A stretch of 64,000 nt of DNA from Camelus dromedarius (lineage: Eukaryota). Below, one piece after another: positions 39,401-49,660 of the stretch. Position 1 is the first letter of the stretch. The number at the start of each line of letters is the position of its first letter. The position numbers and the translations under genes are program-made. The notes under the pieces were generated by a model. The model was given only the letters and a program-made list of their open reading frames with translations. It had not been told where the DNA came from and did no database searches. The DNA lies in assembly GCF_036321535.1 (NCBI RefSeq), contig NC_087451.1:27652001-27716000 (forward strand), given 5' to 3'.

Positions 39401-42400
39401 ATCCAGGCAGTGCGGGCCAGGGAGCAGGAATCTGGCTGTGGGCGCCACGATCAGATCAATCAGACCAGAGCAGGCTTTCCTACAGTGAGGCCCCGTCACC
39501 GGGGGCCCTACCCAGCGCCCCCTCTTCCGCAGAGACAAACCATGGGCCAGGCCCTGATATCAGCACTTGAGACACATTAACTCATCTCATCTTCACATCA
39601 CCCTTCGGAGGCCCAGAGAGGGCAAGCAACTTGCCCACGGCCACACAGCAACCAGTGCACTCTCCCACAGTCCCTTCCACACTGTTGGCAAAGATCTTTA
39701 AAAGCAGACATACTTTTGTCCCACAGTGAAAAACCAAAACTTGAAAGACTACCATTTTGACACATTGAGGAGCAAAGTTTAAACCACTAATCACCAGATA
39801 GAAGCTGACAAGCTCGTCCAGAAGAACTATGACCAGCTGTCACACAGGAAACCCAGCAAGAAAGACAGGCCACTGGCAACCAGCACCTGCTGGTACAGCT
39901 GATGAACAACGGCCCGTCTCCCCACACCAGTTCTCTTACCAGGGCCACAAAGCCCCAGTGGCACAGCCTCCGGCGCAGGCACAGCTCGGGCTTGTGGTCG
40001 AGACCAGTCCCGCTGATCGTGGCTGCATCCCTGCCACAGAAGGTGGCAGAGCCTGGAACCTACCCTCTGACACTTACCTGATCTGTGCAAAATGGCTGAG
40101 AAGCTCCCAGAGCGTCTGGCCTGAACAGAAAGTATCTTGCAACCTGGAGCCATCATCCAGCTGCAGAGCTATGCGCACCTGCGGGGGAGACGCGGAACCC
40201 AGTTAGGGAGAGCAGCGGATCCCGCTGGGCTGGGTCTGATCCTCATGGGGCCGGCGGAGGGCATGCCCCACCTCCGGGGCTCTGGGGGTCTCACGGGCAC
40301 GTGGGAGCCAACACCAGGGTACGTGCCGCTCCTCTGCACACGCTCTGCCAAACCTGCAAACGTCTGTTTGCTGTTGTGTCTCAAGGGGCCAAGTTTTGGA
40401 GTAATTCGTTACATGACAGACAACTAACATGCTGTGTTCGCTGAATTCTTCTCACAAATGACGACGCTGCTTTATAAGTCCATCTTTAACCATTGTCTCC
40501 CTAAATTAAGACACGAGTCTATAACCCAAAAGGGGGTAAGTGCTCTCCTGTCTCTCTGCCTAGTGAGACAGACGCAGAGCAGGAGCTCGGCCTGCCCCAC
40601 CCCACCGGCCAAGGCCCCGCCTTGACCCCGCCCACCACCCCATCCCACCCATGGCCCCGCCTGCCTGCCCCACCCCACCGGCCACGGCCCCACCCAGCCC
40701 ACGGCCCCGCCCACAGGCCATGGTCCCGCCCGCCCCACCCACGGGCCACGGCCTCGCCCATGACCGCGCCCACAGGCCCCCGCCCACCTGCCCCAGCCCA
40801 GCCCCTCTGACCCCGGCCCAGCAATTGATTTTCTAGGTTGTAGCTACTCCTGCCTTTCTGGCCCAGGGACTCTTCTTCAGGGGCACAACTATTTATGTGA
40901 AATCCCAGTAATAAACAAAGGAGGAACTGCTCGTGGGAAAGTGCGAGGGGGTTTCCTAATCACACCCCAAGGAATCCCCAAGGGAAGTCAGGGTTCCTTC
41001 TACATGAAAGGCTGAGAACCTTTGCAGAACACAGCTGCAATGGAAAAAGAGGGGTACTAGGCTCAGCCCCCGCCGCTGACTCCCAGCGCGCTCTGGAGAG
41101 CAGACATTGCCCCTGGGCCCCAGACTCCTTGTCTCTGGACAGGGAGGAAAACCACTTCCCTGCCGTGTTGGGAGAACACATGGCTTTGCGTGTAAAGGAC
41201 TCACGTAGGCACAAGAGGGCAGCTAACACTGTGATTACGGTCTCCATCCACAGTGACCCAACCGTCACTCACTAAATCTCTGGGACCTAAAAGTTATTGA
41301 TTTGGTAGAAGGCAGTGGGCTGCAGTTGGAAGACTCGGGCTGCGGTCTAGCCAAAACCTGTCCACAGAGGCCTGTGCCAGCTGTTTCCCCGTCCCACAAC
41401 TGAGGCTGTGCTGGACAACGCACAGAGCCCTGCGGGATCTAAGATTCTTGATGGTTTTATGACCAGAGACACCAGGTCACATGGTGAATGCTGCCAGCAC
41501 GGTGAGACAGACACAGCACAATTAATCACCCCACCACTCCAAAAACATTCAGCATAAGGAATGAAAAATCTCATCTCCAATCATCAGTTTTCAAAGCAGA
41601 AAAGTGGCCCCAGCTTGACCGATAGAAGGCAGCCTCCCCCTGAGGATGGGTGCCTGGCTTGCAGGGCCCTCTTCCGGCAGCAGGCATGCCCCTGCCCATC
41701 TGCTGGGCCTGCTGAGCACCCTGCAGTCCAGCCTGAACGAGGGAGCCGGGAGAAGCAGTATGGCCGGCCCCCGCCTGAGCGCCACCTACCATGGTCTCGG
41801 GCCCCTCGCGGCTCCGGGAGATGGGCACCATCTCCAGCTTGGCGTTATTAGGCAGGTTGGCAAATCTCCACTGGAGAGAGAGGTCAAGCACATTTCTCTG
41901 AAACCTGAAAAACAGACCAGAGCCTTGGGCTGCCTGCGGACCCGAACACGCCCCTGTCCAGTCCCCATGCAGCCCAGCCAGGAGCAGGGAACAGGCAGAG
42001 TGAGGGCCGGCGCGCAGAAACAGCAGGTCCCCAACCCCAGCACAGGGTCTCTGGAAGGAAAGAGAGTGAGTGCTGACAGCTCAAGCAAGAATGGAAGGAA
42101 CACGGGCAGGTCACCCCTGGGCAAGCCGAGGGCCTGCTCCCCCACCCTGGGGAGCAGTGACCAGCCCGAAGACAGACCCAGAAAATTCCTAATAGAGCAA
42201 TGCCCCGTGGTTGAAGCAGTCCAGCCACAGTGGTCACTCTCCCTGTAACTGGTCCCCAAAGACCAGTGACAGATGGCAAAGGTGCCAGAGAACCACACAT
42301 GAAATGAGCCGGTCTGAAGTCCCTGCGAAGAGCCAGGCCCTCATGGCAGCCGAGACTCGCAAAGCCAGGGGCTCCCAGCCTGGAGCAGCCCATCAGTCTC

Positions 42401-45400
42401 TGTGTCCCTGTCCCGCAGGTATCAGCTGCTGCGTGGGGACCTGGCAGCTCTGAGCTTCCAATGAATGAGGAAGAGGCCCACACGGGCCTGCAGCCTCTTC
42501 TGATCCTCACGCACAGAGCTCCCGGGTCCACAGCGGGACAGTATCCTGGGAGGAAGTGGGGGGAGCAAAGTGAACTGGTGAGTCAGGAAGGGGAATAACC
42601 AAGGCCAGGAGAAGAGGGCGGGTGGAGAATCCAGGGACCTCAAGACACCTGCTGTCTCTATTGGCAGCTTGCCCTCCTGGGAAGTGAGGCCAGGATCATG
42701 GTCAGCACGTGTCACAAACAGGAAACTTAGATGAGAAGTGCCGACAGGTGGCCCTGGCCACCCAAAGGCAGCGCTGGGACCATGTGCAGCTCCTAATGTC
42801 CAGCTCAGATCACATCTCGTCTGTGGACAGACAAGGAGTCCGACACCTCCTTGGGAAAGAGGAAAGAGAGGAGAGCGTGGGGGCCTCGGAGACCCGGACC
42901 CAGACTCACACCCGTGGGCAGGGAGGGTGGCGGCCAGGCAGCTAGAGCCTGCCTGACCCTGGGCCCTCTCCTCACGACCCCCTTAGCTCCCAGGAACCCT
43001 ACAGGAACGAGAACCACCACTGTTAACCCTCACATCACTTGAGTCTGAGAAAAGCTCGCGCCCACAGCAGAAGACACTACTGCCGTGCGGCCTTGACTTT
43101 GGAGGAGACAGACAGTGGCCAGAATGAATCACCAGGAGAGTGAATAAAAGAAATTTTTCACACCTCGCAAAAGTCAGGCTCTGAGCTCTATTTTTACTGA
43201 AGTTTAGGGAAAAAACTACAATGCTGGCGAGAGAATGTGAGATCTGAACACACACAAAGTGGTCACTGGACTGCATGAATGCCAAGGTGCCTGTGCAAAC
43301 ACCGGTTTTCTGAGCAGAACAGTTCGCGAAGCCTGGGGCGTCTGGAAGACCTGGGAAACGAACAACTTTGATACCCATCTTCAACAACTTCAACGCTGAG
43401 TGCAAGACAGAACAGCAGACCTAAGGAGACCCTGACGGCAGTGGGCTGGGAAGCTCTAGAGGCGACGGGAAGGGGTCTCGTGCACCAGCGCACACACACA
43501 TGTGCGAGGGACTGCCTTCCTCAGCAGTGGCCATGGCTTTTTAAACAAATTACACGGTCAGTGGATAAAACGGAGATAGGAGAAAAACTGATACGTGTGT
43601 GAAAGAGACTCAACATTCCGACTAGCTCCCGCCAGACACCATGCAGAGGCCTCAGGTAGATTCAGGGAAAGCAGAGAGGGTGTGCGGCTCTGTGACAGGG
43701 CCCCAGGGGGATGGCCCAACATGGCCCTGGGATTCTCAGTGGCTAGCCATAAGGCAGGGATCCTGGATGACGTGAGGGCATGTTCACTCAGAACCCCACT
43801 CTGGAGAGCCCCACACAAGAGGCAGCACGGGCGGGCCTAACAGAGTAGGCCCTCCTACCTTGGGAGGACAGCCACACCTTGAAGGACATACTGCTAAACT
43901 ACAACTCCAGGGGCTGTAAGGCCATCAGAACCACCTACAGTTTGCAAGTTTCTTCCCATTTCTGTGACCACGGCCTCTTGCCCTCAGAGCCCCACCAGGA
44001 ACTTACACAACCTAATGCTCGAAAACCCACTGGCAGTGGGTGGAATAGTGGCCCCCAAAAACATACATCCACATCCTAGCCCCCAGGACTCACGAACGTG
44101 ACTTCATTTGGAAACAAGGCCTTTGCAAATGTGATAAAGGATCTCGAGGTGAGGTCATCCTGGATTATCTGGTAGGCCTTAAATCCAAAGACAAATGTCC
44201 CTACAAAGGACGGAAGAGGAGAAACACAATACACAGGGAGCAGGGAGGCAGAGACAGGAAGGAGGTGACCATAAGCCCAGGGAGGCCTGGGCCCCCAGAA
44301 GTTGGAAGGGACAAGACATGGTCCTGCCCTTGAACTCTGGAGGGAGTGTGGCCCTGCCAACACCTTTGTGAGGGGCTTCTGGGCTCCAGATGGTGAGAGA
44401 AAAAACTTGTGTTGGTTTAAGCCCCAGCGGGACCCTGGGGGAGGAGCGGATGGACTTGGACCCTGTAGCCACCCAGAGCACACTCACTTCAGGTCATATT
44501 CGTTGGGGTTGAAGTCCTGCCGCCGGCACGTGTCCTCCAGGACCTATGGGTGAGATGAGGGCATGAGCCACTGGTCTAGCCTGGTCACCTCCCCCGACCA
44601 GTGCGGTGGCGCAGTCAAGTGGCACTGAAGCAGCTGAGGGCACAGAGTCCACCTCCTGGAAAGCTGGTTGGCTCTGCCGGACAAAGCCTAGTACAAGCCA
44701 CGTGACTGACTATCCACCCAAAAGCTTCACACGCCTCCCCTGCAAATCCTGCTCACGCAGGTCCTCATGCACCTGTCTTGTCATCCCAGCTCGGCGGGAC
44801 CCTCCACAGCCGGTCCCAAGGCCACAGACTATCTTCCCACACACCCCAGGAGGTCCCCTCCCCATTCTCAGAAACCCAGTCCCAGTGGGCCCTGGAGAGC
44901 CCTCCTGGGCAGGACCTCCCCCCTTCCGGGCTCTGCATGCACTGAGCTATTCTACATCGGCTCAGGACCCCCGCCCCACCTAGTGTGCGCACCGTCCCCT
45001 ACACAGCTGGGCCCAATGAGCATTTTCAATGACGTAGGCCAGCTGCCGGGTGCAGTGCAGCGAGTGACTCAGCACACCCGGCCACAGCGCCCCGGGCGGG
45101 AGGGCGCCCCTGGAGGCTGGCTCAGGGGGCCGCGGAATCGGGTGGCGGTGGCAGGGAGCGCGACCCCCGCCAGCCTCTTAGGGCGGCACGCCTGCCCCCT
45201 CCCCGCAGCGACCCGGAGCCCCGCGCCCGGCGCGGAAGTGGGCGGACCCGCCGAGCCAGGAGGCCGCTCGTTGGCTGCCGCAGGCCCCGCCCCACAGGTC
45301 CGCCCGGCCCCGCCCCGCAGGCCCCCGGAGCAACCGCAGGAGCGGCCCGCGCCGCGTCCCCGCCGCCCAGTCCCCGCCCGCCGCCCGCCCGCGGCCGCAC

Positions 45401-45502
45401 CTGCAGCAGCACGGTGCTCGGCGTCACCTTCACGGTGTGCCGCCGCCCGTTCGGAGCCAGCACCGACACCGCGGAGCCCCCGCCGCCTGCCGGGGCCGCC
45501 AT
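18451..45502 (-). CDS. ASPSCR1: Tether containing UBX domain for GLUT4 (TUG/ASPL/UBXD9), p97 adaptor, 551 aa, 16 exons
   Basis: Exons 45401-45502, 44488-44543, 41790-41904, 40078-40178, 33980-34037, 32929-33002, 32144-32567, 24134-24273, 23844-23925, 23467-23533, 22785-22847, 22254-22306, 19124-19175, 18806-18875, 18547-18731, 18451-18464 sum to 1656 nt. MAAPAGGGGSAVSVLAPNGRRHTVKVTPSTVLLQ..., LGITGG|SAI (TUGUL cleavage context), PFVPFSGGGQRLGG (SHP-like box), ELPDEFFE, UBX region LRVLFPDRHILQG...FIAPPKT, ending ...KVPKWLKLPAGKR*. Confidence 0.97.
30410..30880 (+). mobile_element. Ancient LINE-1 ORF2 (reverse transcriptase region) fragment in ASPSCR1 intron 7
   Basis: A-rich; GGAAGGCAAGGATGG, AACACATGGGGTCATCTC, CTGACTTGATAAAGGC, CACAGCACACATCAT, CAAGCAGGGAAGCCCACT and TTTGCAGAGAC follow the order of L1 RT-domain segments. 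No open frame. Boundaries approximate. Confidence 0.7.
32143..32172 (-). repeat. Coding hexanucleotide microsatellite (CCGGCT)5 at the 3' end of ASPSCR1 exon 7
   Basis: Five perfect CCGGCT copies; the minus strand encodes QPEPEPEPEP right up to the GTAAG donor. Confidence 0.95.
39565..39660 (+). mobile_element. MIR SINE fragment
   Basis: CACATTAACTCATCTCATCTTCAC...GAGGCCCAGAGAGGGCAAGCAACTTGCCCACGGCCACACAGC matches the MIR core with an internal deletion. Confidence 0.65.
40590..40810. repeat. Degenerate GC-rich minisatellite (GGCCCCGCCCAC-like units) in ASPSCR1 intron 3
   Basis: Repeated GCCCCACCCCACCGGCCA(A/C)GGCCCC and GGCCCCGCCC units; C-rich on +, G-rich on the ASPSCR1 sense strand. Confidence 0.8.
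44031..44425 (+). mobile_element. MLT1-family (ERVL-MaLR) solo LTR in ASPSCR1 intron 2
   Basis: Starts TGGCAGTGGGTGGAATAGTGGCCCCCAAAA; contains GTGACTTCATTTGGAAACAAGGCCTTTGCAAATGTGAT, GAGGTCATCCTGGATT, GGAGTGTGGCCCTGCCAACACCTT and GTGTTGGTTTAAGCC, all hallmark MLT1 segments. Confidence 0.85.
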
Positions 45503-45900
45503 CTTCCGTTCACGTGACCCACCGGCCCGGCGTCAAACAACTTTATCTGCAACAGCCAGACGCACAGCCACGCGGCCGCGGGGCGGGGACTGGGCGGGGC
45601 CAGCGCACGCTTCCGGGCCCTCCCTGCCCGGCCACGCCCCCTGCCCGGCCACGCCCCCGGTGCCTTCGCAGGGCGGGGGAGCCGGAGTCCGACACCCGCC
45701 GGGCGCGGTCTCCCCAGCCGGGCATGTGGCCCTGGGTCCCGACCGGCCGTGCGGGCCATGAGCGCGCCGAGTCCTGGGCTCCCTGTCCCTGCCGGCCCGT
45801 CCTGGCCCCGCTGTCCCCCTTCCTACCCGCTGTGGTCCAGAGGGGTGGAGTGAGGCCCCGCACCTCTGCGGAGTGGTTGGCTGCCAGCCCTGTGGGGTGG
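45050..45900 (-). promoter_or_regulatory. ASPSCR1 CpG island / promoter
   Basis: Dense CpG over exon 1. YY1 motif AAGATGGCGGC overlapping the ATG, E-box at 45511-45516, ETS motifs, GC boxes and a 17-bp direct repeat. Confidence 0.85.
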
Positions 45901-47614
45901 TGTGAAGGCCGGGAGGCGGCTGCGGGGAAAGGCGGGCCGGAAACTCCAGACCCGAGAGCAGACTCAGTAAAAGTCTGCGATGAGCATTCTGACTGTTTGT
46001 GCCCTCACTACCGGCAGCCAAACCCTTCAGTAGAACTTGGCCCCTGATTCCAGCCTCCCCAATCAGTGGGAGGACGGAGGAGGGGCGTGTGGGATCCCAA
46101 CACCCCTCCGATGTGGGTGTTGCCAGGCCTTCGTGTAGCTGACACATCCGTCTCAGGAGCATCCTCATACTGACAGATGCCTGCAGGCATGCTGGAAAAA
46201 ATGGGAAAGCCTCAGGGTAGCTACAGCTCCAGGGCCACCCCTCAGAATCTGCCTCACAGTCCAATGGGCCCATCCAGCACTCTGCAACCTCAGTGCCTCA
46301 CCAAGCCACACACATGGCACCACCACCAATGGCCAGTCCCCTCCCCTGAGATGTTGTCTGGCTCAGAGAGGACCCCAGCTAACCTGCCCCGCCCCCTCCT
46401 ACCTGCTCACGTGGGTCTTACCATCCAGGTGTAGCTGAGCACACTGGCCTTGGAACAGACACCTTTGGGGCTTTTCTGACCACTGCCTGATCAGGCTCTC
46501 CCACCCACCCTGCAGCCCATCAGAGCCCCATGAGCAGTTCTGTGATAGCCACCCCTCCGCATCGCAAGTTGCCTCCAACCTGGCCTCTTCAGCACTTCAG
46601 GGTTTCCTCAGAGCCTCATCGGCACTGGGACGGGCCTTTTGTGCCTGCTCACTTGTTTAAGGGCTGTCTCCACGCAGGGCAGCCCTGTCTGCCTGCACTG
46701 TGCATGCACTCTGAGCAGACCCCACACGGGGCATATGCTCTGCCAACATCTGTGGGAGGAATGACTAGTGATGGGGGCAGATGAACACGCGGTCCCCCAG
46801 TGTGTGCCTTCCCCTCTGGCTGCTGATTCTTGCCTGGAGGGGGCGGGGTGCCTCAGGCTTAGTGGGGTCTGTGTCTGGGCACTGGCAGTGGGAGGTGGGG
46901 AGGCAGAGCAGAGCCACCTCCCTTAGTGGCCTGGCTAGACTGGACCTAGGGAAGACCAAGCAGGACAGACCAGACCCCGTGAGGCGCCCGTGAAGACAAG
47001 CCCCAGAGATGCTCCCTGGATGCTGCTCGGAGCCCTGGGGTGCTGGACCACAACTTGACCAGCCTCCAGAGGCTCCCTTGGGACAGGGGATTATTTCAGA
47101 CCGGAGCCAAAAATTCCGGTGGCTTGACAAACCAGCCACACACCACAGCAGAAAGGACTCTCACCTTCCCCATGGCATAGACCTGAGCCGCCCAGGGTCT
47201 AGGATGTGATCACAGCAGAGACCACGGAGCTGACTGTGGGGTCAGAGGTCATGTTTGGGAGGTGTGCGAGGCCCAAAAGAGGAGACTTTCCTTAATGTTC
47301 TTGTAGTACATTCAGCCTCTTTTTGCAGCTCATACTTTTCTTTCCCAATTTGCTATCTTAAAAAATGACAGATCTTCGGGACCAGGGTCCCATGGAGAGC
47401 CCTTCCTCGTGGAACATGAGGCGTGGGCAGAAAGACGGCCACCCCCTCGGCCATCACGCACTGCTCATTCATGGGGAACCTGGTGTTAAACCGTTGGTAG
47501 ATGACCTGCTTCTGGGTCAGGGTTTCCCATGCAGCAGAGCAGCTCCCTCACTGCAGTGTACTGAAAGTCAGCCCTTGACAAAGGATTTTAGGGAAAAAAA
47601 AAAAAAAGGCAGAT

Positions 47615-48175
47615 CTGCATGTTAACATTCACAGCAGCTTCATCTAATAGTCAAAGGCTGGAATGAAGCCAGATGTCCTTCATCGGGTGAGCAGTTAAAG
47701 GATGTGGCGCATCCACACATGGAACACCACTCGGCAATCAAAGGAACAAACTGCTGACACTGCAGCCTGGGTGAGTCTCCCGGGAAACTGGGTGAGTGAA
47801 AAGAGCCGGTCCCTAAAGGCTACATGCTGTGTGACTCTCTTTATATAACATGGAAATGACAGCATTTTAGAAATCGAGGACACAGTAAGAGTTGCCAGAC
47901 ATTAGGGGAGGCGGGGTTATGGGAGAGCAGCGCCAGGGACCTACACTGGATAAGACTGGATACAGCATGATATGCATGTGAAGGAACATGGGTGCAATGT
48001 ATTCAGGGCACTATCCCGGTTGGGATTTTGTGCTAGTTTTGCGAAATGTTACCATTGCAAGAAAGTACATAAATACAGGAGGGCTTGCTCTCTGCTATTT
48101 CTTATAACTGCATGTACCTCTACAGTCATCTCAATAAAACTCTCAAAAAACGTCAAAGCCCCAAAAAGCTAAAAA
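47615..48175 (+). mobile_element. Old LINE-1 3' end (L1M-type)
   Basis: TTCACAGCAGCTTCATCTAATAGTCAAAGGCTGGAA...GATGTCCTTCATCGGGTGAG...CATCCACACATGGAACACCACTCGGCAATCAAAGGAAC...CTACATGCTGTGTGACTCTCTTTATATAACAT, ending in AATAAAACTCTCAAAAAAA. Confidence 0.75.
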
Positions 48176-48189
48176 TTTAATACGATAAA

Positions 48190-49660
48190 TCGCTGCTTTA
48201 ACTCTTTTCTACACCTTCACCTAGGTGCACCAACTGTTCACGTTTTGTCCCAGTAGCCTTTTCTCTCTGCATTTGTACAAGCATGTGTATTTATATTTGA
48301 AAGTAAGTTGATGAGATCCAGGCACTTTCCCTCCAAATAGTTCAGCAGCTCCAAAAATCCCAGGACCTGCTCCTACTCAATCGTAACCAGTCACCATGCC
48401 CAACAGCCATGCAGTCATGGACACAATAATATTATCTAATACACAGTCCAGTTTAGAATTTCCCCTGTTGTCCCCAAATGGTCCTTTACAGCCGGTTGTC
48501 ACATTGCGTTGAATCTGTTTTCACTCCCTTAACCTACCACGGCCCCACCATCTTTTGTTTTGTTTTGAATTTTCATGACATTTGCATTATTTAGAGGCCG
48601 CAGGCTGGAGCTGCCTGATAGTTTCCTGGAGTTAAACATCTGAGGCAGTGAGGTGGGGTAGATGAAGCCCCTCAGGAAGTCCAGGATATCAGGTTGTGCC
48701 CCTAGTGTGGACGCACAGACTGAACACTTGGTGAAGATGAGGTCTGCAGGTTCCTCCACGGTCTAGGTCCCTCGTAGACTAAGTAAGCTGTGTGTGGGGC
48801 AATTCTTTGAGAGCATAAGTGTGATGTGTTTCCAATAACCGTTTGCCCAGTGGTTTTAGCATCAACTGATGGTCCTTGCCTACATCCACCGTTATAATTA
48901 TGTTTGCAAAATCACAACTTTCCAACCTTGTCACTTCCTCTACATTTAATAGGCATGTTTTGGTCAAGATTTTTTAAATTCTGAAGTATTAATACAAATG
49001 AATGGATTTTTTAAATTCAGTGATTCTTTCTGATGCTCAGATTGACCCAGATTTGGCCGGTGAGACCCCCTTCAAGCTGACTTTCGTGCTCCTCTTTTTT
49101 GGGGGGGGGGAGTGACTTTTTACTTTTATATTATTTCAAACTCAGAAGTTGCAAGAACAGTATAAGGACCTCCTTCGTATCTTCGTTCTTTCTTTTCTTT
49201 TCTTTTTGAGAGGGGAGGTCACAAGGTTTATTTACTTTCAGTGGAGGCACTGGGGATTGAACCCAGGACCGCGTGCGTGCTAAGCACGTGCCCTGCCACT
49301 GAGCTACACCCTCCCCCGCTTCCGTGTGGCTCCTAGACAGACGCGCCAGTTGTTTACGTGTCGCGCATTTGCTTTACCATCTCTCTCTCTCTTTGTCCAC
49401 GTACATATAAAAATTTTTCTGTACCACCTGAGAGTAATGGAGAGTGCACCTTTGTGGCTAAACACTTCATGTGTTTCCTAAGAAGGAGGTGTTTTCTAAG
49501 AAGCAGGCATTTCCTTACGTCACCACCAAGCCGTGATATGCCGTTGGGAGAGCTACCTGTGACGCCGTACACTGAGCGACTCTACAACCACCTGTAGCAC
49601 TGACATCTTTCCTGCATCTTTTTGAGGTGTTTTTGTTATTCTCCCAGCACTTCCTCATTT
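48190..49660 (-). mobile_element. Fragmented old LINE-1 3' segments (L1MC-like), interrupted by a young SINE
   Basis: ATTATCTAATACACAGTCCAGTTTAGAATTTCCCCTGTTGTCCCCAAATGGTCCTTTACAGC; ATTTCAAACTCAGAAGTTGCAAGAACAGTATAAGG; TTTTCTGTACCACCTGAGAGTAA...CTAAACACTTCATGTGTTTCCTAAGAA. Subfamily and boundaries uncertain. Confidence 0.6.
49188..49317 (-). mobile_element. Young tRNA-derived SINE (camelid-type)
   Basis: Minus strand: GGGGGAGGGTGTAGCTCAGTGGCAGGGCACGTGCTTAGCACGCACGCGGTCCTGGGTTCAATCCCCAGTGCCTCC...AAATAAACCTTGTGACCTCCCC followed by an A-rich tail. Confidence 0.9.

Noticed and set aside
44767-46047. 426-aa + strand ORF antisense to ASPSCR1 exon 1
   Set aside because: Spans a CpG island where stop codons are rare; Pro/Ala/Arg/Gly low complexity, no recognisable domain, and not an ATG-initiated gene with splice support.
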